Source: a virus
Taxonomy: Duplodnaviria; Caudoviricetes
DNA: 47,281 nucleotides
IMG/VR virus record: IMGVR_UViG_3300010234_000017
Span: 1-47,281 of that record
Strand: one strand, 5' to 3'
Both the position numbers and the translations under genes were made by a program. Below, one piece after another: positions 35,094 through 43,968 of this stretch. The first letter of the stretch is position 1. Every line of letters starts with the position of its first letter. The notes below the pieces were generated by a model that did not search any database, was not told where the DNA came from, and saw only the letters and a list, made by a program, of their open reading frames with translations.

Positions 35094-35369
35094 TCATTTT
35101 TGAGATAGTGTATTGGACATCAACATTTGTTTTGCTAGATCAGTCATAAAGCTGACATTAGCAGAACTTTGTTCACTATCCGAAATAAATGGAACTCCTT
35201 CTTTTGTTAGTCCTATTACAATAAGGTTAATAGGCTTTAAGTCTTTTGTTCTATCTAAGAGAAGCTCACAAGTCTTTAGACGTTCAAGCTCTTCTACTTT
35301 CTTCTCTGTGTCCACAGGTTCTTGTGTACCTATAGCTACTACGTTATCATTATTATTATCGTTACTCAC
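35094..35369 (-). CDS. Hypothetical protein
   Basis: 91-aa ORF coupled to the endonuclease gene. Confidence 0.65.
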   Translation of the reverse strand: MSNDNNNDNVVAIGTQEPVDTEKKVEELERLKTCELLLDRTKDLKPINLIVIGLTKEGVPFISDSEQSSANVSFMTDLAKQMLMSNTLSQK

Positions 35370-35802
35370 TTAGCCACTCCTTAGGCACTTCCCTGATTGC
35401 AAAAACATATCCATGTTGGTTAGCCCAATCTGATTGTCTTCTAAATGAACCATCTTTTCTTTTATTACCGATCTTTCCATCAGAATAAAAAAGGATTCTT
35501 ATATCTTTATCAGGGTGTTGTTTCTTTACTTCTACCATTTTCCTTTGAACTGATGCATCAAAAGCTCTACCGTTACCTTTTGTCTCAATATAAATCTTTG
35601 AACCATCTTTTTTTGTTAAGATAAAATCAGGTTCATAGTTATGAGCTACAGTATATGGTAGTTTTTCTGTCTCATACTCCACGGTAGACTTTGGAGGTTT
35701 TAGGTTGTTAAGTTGTTTATATACTGCTAGTTCGAAAGCATTTTTTAATGTTCTCTTACCAACCTTAGGGAATTTTACTTTAGTTCTTTTTCTTCTTTTC
35801 AA
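35362..35802 (-). CDS. T7 endonuclease I-like Holliday junction resolvase
   Basis: FE..V, EYETEKLPY, YEPDF, IETKG, HPDKDIRILF, W...HG. Confidence 0.9.
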   Translation of the reverse strand: MKRRKRTKVKFPKVGKRTLKNAFELAVYKQLNNLKPPKSTVEYETEKLPYTVAHNYEPDFILTKKDGSKIYIETKGNGRAFDASVQRKMVEVKKQHPDKDIRILFYSDGKIGNKRKDGSFRRQSDWANQHGYVFAIREVPKEWLSE

Positions 35803-35812
35803 AAGTTCTCCT

Positions 35813-36172
35813 TTAATAAATCCATGTAGAAGATAACATTACATTTTTAGGGAGTTTGTTGTTTTTAAACATTATAGCTATATCTGCTTTAGGTATTCCT
35901 GCTAGTCCTGTTCCTACAGGAGTTAACTCAAATAACTCTTGTGGATTTTTTCTTGCATAATCACAGAAATCTTTTATATATTTATTGATTTCTTCTAATG
36001 ACAAAGTTTTTATATTTTTATCTTTAGTGGGTATAGCATAAGAACTCCCTTGTTTACCTATTCCTACACCTTGTTTTGCTCCTTTATACTGTTTAGCAAA
36101 CAAAGCTGCTCCTTTACCATGTCTACCAGCTAAATTAGAACCAAACACAAAAGTTATTCCTGTCTTTAACAT
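35813..36172 (-). CDS. Macro-domain-like phage protein (A1S_2505-type)
   Basis: FVFGSNLAGRHGKGAA, SYAIPTKD, LTPVGTGLAG. Confidence 0.75.
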   Translation of the reverse strand: MLKTGITFVFGSNLAGRHGKGAALFAKQYKGAKQGVGIGKQGSSYAIPTKDKNIKTLSLEEINKYIKDFCDYARKNPQELFELTPVGTGLAGIPKADIAIMFKNNKLPKNVMLSSTWIY

Positions 36173-36181
36173 AATACACCT

Positions 36182-37228
36182 TTATATATTATAATCCCCA
36201 GTGATAATATCAAATCCATCTAACATATCAGCTTCAAAGTATTCCCATTTATCTGAATAAACAAATGCATCGAATGCCTCTACTGTCCAACCTTGTTTCT
36301 CAAGCATTGCTGCATAGAATTTAAGCTGTAAAGATAGTTTAGAAAGTTTAGTATTTGGTAACTTCATACCCTCTGGTAGATTTGTAAGCTGTTCACTTCC
36401 TTTTACATTGAAAGAATGATTAACTTTATAGTCTTGGAGACGACAAGTCTTTCTCTCCCATGATGTAACAAGAAGTCTATCAGCTGTACCACAGAAGCCA
36501 TTCTCAATATCTGTAAGTACTACCTCAGGTAATACATCTCCTTTGAAGCCTAGACTATCGTATAGGTCAAAGAACTCCTGTACAATGTTTTTAAGACCCG
36601 GATGTTTGATATTAAAACAACGAGAACCATCTTTAGATTTAGTATGGTGTCTATATAGGTCTTCAAATTCAAGGGCTTTGTGGATACCATGCCCAAAATC
36701 AATTGAAAATTGTTGATTAAGTTTCCAAGCACTTTGGATATCTTCTGCTGACATCCCCCAACCATCTGCAATACGCTCAGACATGACAATCTTATCAAAT
36801 GGCACAAGGTACTTCTTAATGAATGTAGTACCACCTTTAAACTTCTTACCTTTATATGTATAAGTATGAGAAGCCTCATCAAAGTCAATAGCTACATCTT
36901 CTGTAAAGGATTGAATTAAGTTTGTTTCTTTTGGAACCTCAATATTACAAGCTACAATAGTATCTGCATCATGTTTATTAAACTTATCCCCTTCTGTCTT
37001 ACGGTAGAAATCTGTTACATAAGCTTTCTTAGGGAAATTGTCCCTCTCAAGTTTATATAGATCAGAGTTCTTACCAATATGACCAAGGAGTTCATCTCCA
37101 AAAGTAACGGTTAATGCATTCTCATCAAACTTATTAGAAGGGTCATGGGCAATTAATACCTCAGACCCCTCTTGAATATCTTTCGCATAAGCCTTAGAGA
37201 ACTGTGTCCCAACGATAGATGTCTTCAT
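36182..37228 (-). CDS. HIRAN-domain / PD-(D/E)XK exonuclease fusion
   Basis: N-term IVGTQF...HDPSNKFDENAL.V...LLGHI (HIRAN); C-term FDEASHTY, G.GIH, GTADRL, QDYK, LQL..YA; start MKTSIV at 37228. Confidence 0.8.
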   Translation of the reverse strand: MKTSIVGTQFSKAYAKDIQEGSEVLIAHDPSNKFDENALTVTFGDELLGHIGKNSDLYKLERDNFPKKAYVTDFYRKTEGDKFNKHDADTIVACNIEVPKETNLIQSFTEDVAIDFDEASHTYTYKGKKFKGGTTFIKKYLVPFDKIVMSERIADGWGMSAEDIQSAWKLNQQFSIDFGHGIHKALEFEDLYRHHTKSKDGSRCFNIKHPGLKNIVQEFFDLYDSLGFKGDVLPEVVLTDIENGFCGTADRLLVTSWERKTCRLQDYKVNHSFNVKGSEQLTNLPEGMKLPNTKLSKLSLQLKFYAAMLEKQGWTVEAFDAFVYSDKWEYFEADMLDGFDIITGDYNI

Positions 37229-37229
37229 C

Positions 37230-37673
37230 TTATGACCAAGGGTCCTTACCATCATCGTCTTCAGGTGTCTCAGGTGTTTCCTCAGGGGCATCTGTTACAT
37301 ATGGGATCAATTCAAGTACCTTAACTGAATTAAGTCGGGTACCCTTACCATATTTAGTGTCATATACCTCCACAGAACACTCCACAGTAGAACCATTACC
37401 AATTACAAGGTCAGGGTCCACAGAATCTTTATATTTGATTGTAGGAGCTTCCCAAGAGCCTTTCCAATTATTAGGTGCATCTACTGTTTTTTTAATAGAT
37501 ACTGCATTATCTTCTTTAACTTTAAGTCTGGAACCAGATGCCTTAAATGTTTCTAAGGATTTATCATCCATTGCTAGATTAATTGTCCAGCGTTCTACAC
37601 CTAAGTATTCATCAGGTTGTTGTAGTTTTGCCCAGCTTGCTTCACCAGTTAGTTTAATTGTTTTACTTGCCAT
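37230..37673 (-). CDS. Single-stranded DNA-binding protein (T7 gp2.5-like)
   Basis: WAKLQQPD, IGNGSTV, RLNSVKVLELIPY, acidic tail ending in PW. Confidence 0.8.
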   Translation of the reverse strand: MASKTIKLTGEASWAKLQQPDEYLGVERWTINLAMDDKSLETFKASGSRLKVKEDNAVSIKKTVDAPNNWKGSWEAPTIKYKDSVDPDLVIGNGSTVECSVEVYDTKYGKGTRLNSVKVLELIPYVTDAPEETPETPEDDDGKDPWS

Positions 37674-37691
37674 TATTATACTTTTCCTTTT

Positions 37692-39542
37692 TTAGTGAAT
37701 TTGTCCATAATTTTCTCCAAATTGTACATCAACGTCTAGTTTACGTCTTAGTTCTAAGAAATCATTAACTTTATTAATACTTCTTTTTAAAATAGAAGTT
37801 ACTTCATCTTTTTCCTCCGGCTTAATTTCTAAGATTACCTCATCGTGGAACTGACCTGTTAGTTGAGGCCTTTCTTTGATAATAAAAGCTACCCACATAT
37901 CAAAACAGAATGATCCTGTACCTTGATTAAGGGTACTAAATCTATCTTTTTCATATCTAAGGGAGTACCACATTTCAGCTACTGGGTTCCATAACCATTT
38001 CTGACCATCAAACTCTCTAACTGTACAACTCTTGGCTATCTCTTCAATAGCCCAGTTACGTTGCCAATAAATATTCCATAAGATTGTTGCTTCATCTAAA
38101 GGTATATTGGCACTAACGGCAATCTTCTTAGGATATGCACCATATGTACAAGAATAGTTAGTAGTCTTTGCTCCGTGTCTAACTAATTTTAGACGCTTCA
38201 TATCAGGACCACCTTGTCCAGACTTATAGTAGTCTACCTCTTCTTGTGTCATCATATTAGCTAGTACGGCAATATCTAAGTGAGGGTCAAAACCTTCAAC
38301 ATTCATCTCTTCGACATACTCAGGGTCGTAAGGAACCATGTAATGTTGTTTTGTTCTGTCCTCTAGGCCTGACATATCAGACCCACATAAGAGCTTACCC
38401 TCTCTAGCTACTAGTGAAGGTCTAATATACTCTCCATAATTAGAACCCATAGATGGGAGATTAACTACAGTAGTATGTTTAAACCTTAGGGTATTAGTAA
38501 ATCCACTGACTTGAGCCTTAACGAAGCCATCTTCCTGATTCTTTAAGAAACCATTTAGAGTAGAGATACGGTGATTAATAGTAAACAGGCCATCAAGTTC
38601 TTTAACTGCTTCATTGTCAATGTTTAAGATTGACTCACAAAGACCAGACTTATCTAACTTAATTAATTGGGGTACTTCATTACCTTTATCATTAGTCTTA
38701 AAAGTCTGAGGTTCCCAGCCTAAGCTGAACAACCATTCTTTTACTTGTTGGTGACTGGAAGGATTAGGTTCTTCATAATGAGATATACAGGTTATTTCTT
38801 CTGTAGTCTCAGGCTCTAACCCTTGCTCCTTACAATCATTATACCATCTTTCACCTGCCTTTGTCAAGGAAAAATCTTTCTTTCTTAGATTTTTTGGTCT
38901 ACTTCTTTTATTTTTCTTAACAACCTTAGGCATCACAGCCTTAAGTATCTCTAATTTCGGTGAGGTTAACTCCTCAAGAGCTTCAATAGATTTTTTGATG
39001 TGAGGTACATCAATCTTCCAACGGCTCTCTTCGGCTAATCTAGCGCATTTTAATTTGAAGGTAAGATAGCTACAAACTCTATAAACATGTTTCATTGATC
39101 CATACATCTTCAATAACTGGGACTTCATTTGTTCCCAGAGAAGATAATTAATCTCTACATCACGTTCACATCTTTGTTTATACTCTTCATAAGAAAGGTT
39201 TTCCCAATCATCAATTTGGACTTTAGGGAAACCCAACTTCTCGCCCCAATACTCTAGGCCATGCCTTTTAATCTTAGGGTATAGATACCAACTAACAGCA
39301 AGGGTGTCAATAAAATCGCAATCTTTGGTGTCCGTTCCAACGATCCTATTAATCGCAGGCTCATCATATAAGATAATATTGTGACCGATATACTTACGGT
39401 TAGGATTATCGTTAGAAAAGAGTGAAGTAACATGCTTATGCTCCTTAACTGTAGTTACTTTATTATTAACTCTAGCACTAAGGCAATGTATTTTAGTAGG
39501 AGCTAAGCTATCGAACTCTGCATCAAATACAATTTCATCCAT
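37692..39542 (-). CDS. Family A DNA polymerase with 3'-5' exonuclease
   Basis: FDAE and GHNIILYD exonuclease motifs; SDMSGLE (A), AKTTNYSCTYG (B, Tyr at the E. coli 762 position), QFHDE (C). Confidence 0.95.
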   Translation of the reverse strand: MDEIVFDAEFDSLAPTKIHCLSARVNNKVTTVKEHKHVTSLFSNDNPNRKYIGHNIILYDEPAINRIVGTDTKDCDFIDTLAVSWYLYPKIKRHGLEYWGEKLGFPKVQIDDWENLSYEEYKQRCERDVEINYLLWEQMKSQLLKMYGSMKHVYRVCSYLTFKLKCARLAEESRWKIDVPHIKKSIEALEELTSPKLEILKAVMPKVVKKNKRSRPKNLRKKDFSLTKAGERWYNDCKEQGLEPETTEEITCISHYEEPNPSSHQQVKEWLFSLGWEPQTFKTNDKGNEVPQLIKLDKSGLCESILNIDNEAVKELDGLFTINHRISTLNGFLKNQEDGFVKAQVSGFTNTLRFKHTTVVNLPSMGSNYGEYIRPSLVAREGKLLCGSDMSGLEDRTKQHYMVPYDPEYVEEMNVEGFDPHLDIAVLANMMTQEEVDYYKSGQGGPDMKRLKLVRHGAKTTNYSCTYGAYPKKIAVSANIPLDEATILWNIYWQRNWAIEEIAKSCTVREFDGQKWLWNPVAEMWYSLRYEKDRFSTLNQGTGSFCFDMWVAFIIKERPQLTGQFHDEVILEIKPEEKDEVTSILKRSINKVNDFLELRRKLDVDVQFGENYGQIH

Positions 39543-39558
39543 TACTTCTCCTCTTTTA

Positions 39559-39726
39559 TTAATGGTATACCCAATTTTCTATTACCCAACGCGGATAAAG
39601 ATTAGGGTCAGATGTGTAAGAACGTTTCTTTTCCTTATCCATATCATCCCAATATTCGGCAGAGAATCTATGTATCTCCTTCCCACGTCCTGCTACGGGG
39701 TGATCTTTAAAAATAATGTATATCAT
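39559..39726 (-). CDS. 55-aa hypothetical protein
   Basis: Read by hand MIYIIFKDHPVAGRGKEIHRFSAEYW...; TAATG coupling to the helicase gene; fills the gap. Confidence 0.55.
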   Translation of the reverse strand: MIYIIFKDHPVAGRGKEIHRFSAEYWDDMDKEKKRSYTSDPNLYPRWVIENWVYH

Positions 39727-41267
39727 TAATATTCTCCATCTAATAAAACTAAGTTTTCTTTATCATACATACCAAATCCTGCATTACCTGTTGTAGACCC
39801 AGCAATACGTCCCTTCTCCACTAAGAGGTTAGTACGTAATCTGATATTCTCAATAGGGCTTACCTTATCCCTTTGTAGGTGGATAACAGTATCGGCAGCT
39901 TTTGTAATGTTTCGTGAACCCCTAGTCTTACCTTCATCATTTGTATGAGAAATCACAACAAGGCAGAAGTTTAACTCTTTAGCCAGAAGCTTAAGTCTCT
40001 GAGAAATGTTATCTAGTTTCTTACGTTCATCATCACTTTCAATACCTGTGGCAAGCCATGTAATGTGATCTAAGAAAATAAAATTACACCCACATGCAGA
40101 AACCAAGAATCTGATATTATCAATTAAGATATTATGATCTTCTACATCAAAGGACTCATAGATATACACACGTTCATCATTATCATTTAATGCCTTCATA
40201 TATGTCTCAAAGATTTCATCTTCTTTATAAGCATTATCAGGATGTAGATAAGGATAGTTGGCGTAGTAGTTAGCAATACCTTTCACCGTCTGAGCATTAT
40301 CTTCTTCTAGGTGAAAGATGCCAATCCTATTTTCATCAGACTCTTTTAGTAGGTGGTTCTGTAAGGCTCTAAATACCTCAGTCTTACCTATACCTTCATC
40401 ACCCTTAAAGATAACAATCTCACCCTTATGTAGTCCATGTAGGGCTGACTGTAAACCTGCGAAGGGGTATGTTCCTATCATGGATTCTTTTGATCCTTTT
40501 AGGATTTCCTTGATCTGAGAAAAAGAATTAGATATACTTGACGGGGTATACTTACTATGAGATTTAAGAGCCTCTAGTAATTCCTTAGAGTCTTTATTCT
40601 GTAGATAATCATTTGCATCTTTATGTTTTACAAACTCTACATTAAAGACTTTATGGTAATCAAATAGAGAAGCAATCTCCCTAGCTGCCTTCTGTCCGAT
40701 ATGGTCATTATCCATAGCTAAGATAATCTTATCAAAAGAGTTTAGATAATCATAATCTTTCTTACAATCAATCTTAGCACTAGACCCAGACCTTACAGAC
40801 ACTGCTGCTTGTTTAGTTACTTCATAAATTGAAGGCGCATCCCACTCACCCTCTGTGATAAAGATAACCTTACCACCAGCTTGAAACTTATCCTTACCGA
40901 ATAGACCAGCATTTGCCATGTCACCAGTAGAATAAAACTTCTTTTGTTTGAAAGCTGAAGCCTTGGTTGCTCCATTAGGATAAATGAAACCAGCCTCAAT
41001 TGGAGTCTCAGGGTCTTTCTTGTAAAACTTACAGAGGATATTATATTTTTCTGTTGTTGATTTAGAAAGACCTCGAATTGGGATATGCTTCATTTCGAAA
41101 TCTTGATCTTCGATAGAACTATCTCCTTTTAAATTAAATCTTTTGTAGCATGAGTAACACCAACCATGGTCATCATCATAAGTACAGTAACCATCACTAG
41201 ACTTACCACATGGGCAAGGGATATGTTGATCAACTATCTTTGACATCCTCATCCTCTTCCATCTCAC
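39726..41267 (-). CDS. T7 gp4-like primase-helicase
   Basis: CPC...CYSC Zn finger, ITEGEWDA and MDND TOPRIM, GDEGIGKT Walker A, FLDHI; start probably MSKIVD at 41246. Confidence 0.95.
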   Translation of the reverse strand: MRWKRMRMSKIVDQHIPCPCGKSSDGYCTYDDDHGWCYSCYKRFNLKGDSSIEDQDFEMKHIPIRGLSKSTTEKYNILCKFYKKDPETPIEAGFIYPNGATKASAFKQKKFYSTGDMANAGLFGKDKFQAGGKVIFITEGEWDAPSIYEVTKQAAVSVRSGSSAKIDCKKDYDYLNSFDKIILAMDNDHIGQKAAREIASLFDYHKVFNVEFVKHKDANDYLQNKDSKELLEALKSHSKYTPSSISNSFSQIKEILKGSKESMIGTYPFAGLQSALHGLHKGEIVIFKGDEGIGKTEVFRALQNHLLKESDENRIGIFHLEEDNAQTVKGIANYYANYPYLHPDNAYKEDEIFETYMKALNDNDERVYIYESFDVEDHNILIDNIRFLVSACGCNFIFLDHITWLATGIESDDERKKLDNISQRLKLLAKELNFCLVVISHTNDEGKTRGSRNITKAADTVIHLQRDKVSPIENIRLRTNLLVEKGRIAGSTTGNAGFGMYDKENLVLLDGEY

Positions 41268-41421
41268 TTAGTGCCTCATCAATTGATTCTACACATCGGT
41301 TACACCTATGTTCACCACTATCTAGAACCTCCCAGTAGGCTATTGGTGTAGAGATACCCATATTTGCTAGAGTGTCTCCACCTTTTCTGTCTGTACTGTC
41401 ACATGTATCACATCGTCTCAT
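41230..41421 (-). CDS. Small Zn-finger protein
   Basis: CDTC...HRCNRC; AAGGA RBS. Confidence 0.7.
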   Translation of the reverse strand: MRRCDTCDSTDRKGGDTLANMGISTPIAYWEVLDSGEHRCNRCVESIDEALSEMEEDEDVKDS

Positions 41422-41430
41422 AAGTATTCC

Positions 41431-41504
41431 TTAGTATTATAAGTAATATAAGTAATCTTAATTAGATTAAAAAAACTTACTAGTATTATTAGTATTATTA
41501 GTAT
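41431..41504. repeat. AT-rich 9-bp tandem repeats, candidate replication origin
   Basis: TAGTATTAT x2 plus TAGTAT (41481-41504) and TAGTATTAT/AAGTAATAT/AAGTAATCT (41432-41458). Confidence 0.55.
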
Positions 41505-41515
41505 CTCTATAGGTT

Positions 41516-41544
41516 ATTATAACACCTATTTTCTTTCTTGTCAA
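41516..41544 (-). promoter_or_regulatory. Consensus sigma70 promoter for the replication module
   Basis: TTGACA (41544-41539), 17 bp, TATAAT (41521-41516). Confidence 0.85.
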
Positions 41545-41552
41545 GTAAAAAG

Positions 41553-42065
41553 TTATAAAAACTCTATTGTAGTTTTATTACCAATATTTACCTTATGAAC
41601 CTTACGACTACTAAAGTAACCATCATTCTTAAATTTAATACCTGTAATACCTTTAAGGTGGAAGAACCAAGCTTGTATATTTCTTGTTTGACCCTTTATA
41701 GAGCACCAGATTTCTTCTCTAGTTACATTAAGTATCTTAGAATTATAGTGTAAATCTAATTTAGTTAGTGTCTGAGAAGGAACAAGGTAAAGCTCTCCCT
41801 TAACCTTAGACCCAATAAAAGAGTTTGGTGTCTTAGTGAAGTAAACATTACCTTCATGCATATGAGGTTCAAACCAATTTGATAATGTCTCACAAGGACC
41901 TATTTTACGTACGTCTGATTCATATTTAAGTAGGTAATGTCTGCCATAATCTTCTCTAATATTATCTGCAATGAATACAGGGATATTAGTTGTACGAGAT
42001 AGTTCAACATAATCAGGAGTACATTGAGTTCTATACTTAAGTTTTTCTACAAGATTTGATTGCAT
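41553..42065 (-). CDS. Degenerate GGCT-fold protein
   Basis: PVFIADNI (for VFVYGTL), VKGELYLV, LTKLDLHY (catalytic Glu absent), QAWFF. Confidence 0.6.
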   Translation of the reverse strand: MQSNLVEKLKYRTQCTPDYVELSRTTNIPVFIADNIREDYGRHYLLKYESDVRKIGPCETLSNWFEPHMHEGNVYFTKTPNSFIGSKVKGELYLVPSQTLTKLDLHYNSKILNVTREEIWCSIKGQTRNIQAWFFHLKGITGIKFKNDGYFSSRKVHKVNIGNKTTIEFL

Positions 42066-43054
42066 TACTTAGCTCCCTTTAGTTTTGAAATAACATCAGT
42101 TGCTTTCTTATGTTTATCTTCTACTGTTTTAAGGTCAGATTCAAGGTAATCATTTTCAACAGCTAATCGGCCAATTTCACTAGCCATAAAAGACATAATA
42201 ACAGCAGCATCATCTTTATGCTTATGTACAATATCATCCCATTCCTTTAAAGTAACTGCTGCAAGAAGACCTGTGTTATTCCCTTCATATATCTCAAGAT
42301 CGTCCCAAAGATTAACTAAATCCTCTACAACATCCTCAATCTTGAAATTAGGAGTAGTACTAGGACTATCAAACAAGACAACATTATTTGCCCCATAACC
42401 ATGCGTAGCGCGAGACTTCTCCTGTAGTATCTTTTTTCTACGCTCATACTCCTCACCTCTAGTAAGTTTATCAAAGTAAGAATCATTACTAGCATTAATC
42501 TTATCTCCATTAACCCCTTTAATCTCAACCCAATTCTTCTTATTTAGGATTAGATCAGGTTGATTATGAGAGATAATTAGACCTCGATTATGATCACCAG
42601 TCCAAAACTTACTTAGTACTGTAAGGTGAATAGAGTCTGAATAGTAGCCACCAGAGGCATCCAAGTAAGGCTTAAGGAAATCCTCTGCAAATACACGAGA
42701 GTCACTACGATCATCATTATCAGATGTTACAGGCTTGTAATTATGTAGTGTACCATTATGGAAAAACAGGATAGGTTTTCCCTCTGTACCTACATTAAAT
42801 GGGTGTAGGTTTTCCTTACCATTATCTCCTGCTGTATTATTACGAACATGGATGTAACGAGTTTTGTCAATATATTTATCAACTAATTTAATATGCTCGT
42901 CTACATCAAGTTCTTTTTTAGTTTTTTGAATAATGATAAACTTTTTCTTATCTCGTACAACTAAAGAGAAACCATCTTCGTTATTGTATACCATATTCTC
43001 AAATTGTACTTTAGTAAGAGACTGTCTAGGCTTAAGCTCAACAATTACGCACAT
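42065..43054 (-). CDS. Class II glutamine amidotransferase (second copy) with C-terminal coiled coil
   Basis: MCVI, N.DGF, IHVRNNTAG, NLHPF, FHNG, SDSRVF. Confidence 0.88.
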   Translation of the reverse strand: MCVIVELKPRQSLTKVQFENMVYNNEDGFSLVVRDKKKFIIIQKTKKELDVDEHIKLVDKYIDKTRYIHVRNNTAGDNGKENLHPFNVGTEGKPILFFHNGTLHNYKPVTSDNDDRSDSRVFAEDFLKPYLDASGGYYSDSIHLTVLSKFWTGDHNRGLIISHNQPDLILNKKNWVEIKGVNGDKINASNDSYFDKLTRGEEYERRKKILQEKSRATHGYGANNVVLFDSPSTTPNFKIEDVVEDLVNLWDDLEIYEGNNTGLLAAVTLKEWDDIVHKHKDDAAVIMSFMASEIGRLAVENDYLESDLKTVEDKHKKATDVISKLKGAK

Positions 43055-43968
43055 TTTTTGAACTCCTTAATGTAGTTCTCTAGTGTAGTTCCTTCAAGAC
43101 CGGGGGCAGTATTAATCTCAAGTACTACAGCCTTGTCATAATAAGAGTTATAAATAACATCAACAGCACCAAAGTCTAGTTCAGTAGCATTAAAGGCTAA
43201 TTTAGCTTGCTCATACACTACATCAGGGACTGTAATATCATTACGTTGAAAGATAAACCCATTTTTATAAGTACGTACTCGGAAATCTACATCTTTGTTG
43301 TTAATAAGTGTACCTCCATCATCCGTCTTACGGAGGACTTTACGTTGTACATCAATAACCTTACCCCCAAAGATATGTACCCTAAACTCTGATTTCTTTT
43401 TAAGGTATTTGACGTATAAATCTTTATCCAGAAAATCAATAAGGCTATCCATACCATCTTCAAAAAAGATAATACCAGAGCCTGAATTACCTTTCTTTGT
43501 TCTGCCCATTACTTGATGACCCTCTTGGGTCCATTTAAGTGCAGTGTCAATATCATCAGTATACTCAGGGATATTTAAACCCTCTACCTTAGACATTAAA
43601 TTAAAGAATCTTAGTTTATCACTACATGTGCCTACAGCAGAAGGTTTATTTAGTAATTTCTTAAACTCTGAGGTATTACCAATCTGAGTTTTACCCCAAT
43701 TGATTAATACACAATCTTTTCTTTCTACACAACCTTTGTGTAAATGTGGTCTTAGTGCCTTATAAGAACCCGAGTAAGGTTTATAAGGAACAATTCTAAA
43801 TTCGTATTCCATCTCTTCGTTATCCTCTATGTTTATTTCTTCACTACTAGAGCCGTAGTAGATCATTTCATCCATTATAATATATTGAGATCCAGTACCG
43901 CCACCTTGGGCGATTTTTTTAATCATCTCATTATATAGGTTTATAGCATCACTCACAATAGTCCACAA
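43045..43968 (-). CDS. ATP-grasp ligase (RimK/GshB-like)
   Basis: LINWG, DKLRFF, GNSGSGI, EFRVHI, LDFGAVDVI, LEINTAPGL; core probably starts at MEYEF (43812). Confidence 0.9.
   Translation of the reverse strand: MWTIVSDAINLYNEMIKKIAQGGGTGSQYIIMDEMIYYGSSSEEINIEDNEEMEYEFRIVPYKPYSGSYKALRPHLHKGCVERKDCVLINWGKTQIGNTSEFKKLLNKPSAVGTCSDKLRFFNLMSKVEGLNIPEYTDDIDTALKWTQEGHQVMGRTKKGNSGSGIIFFEDGMDSLIDFLDKDLYVKYLKKKSEFRVHIFGGKVIDVQRKVLRKTDDGGTLINNKDVDFRVRTYKNGFIFQRNDITVPDVVYEQAKLAFNATELDFGAVDVIYNSYYDKAVVLEINTAPGLEGTTLENYIKEFKKCA

Noticed and set aside
37692-39542. Intron or intein in DNA polymerase, as in LUZ24
   Set aside because: ORF is continuous with all motifs at normal spacing; terL and nrdJ also show no insertions
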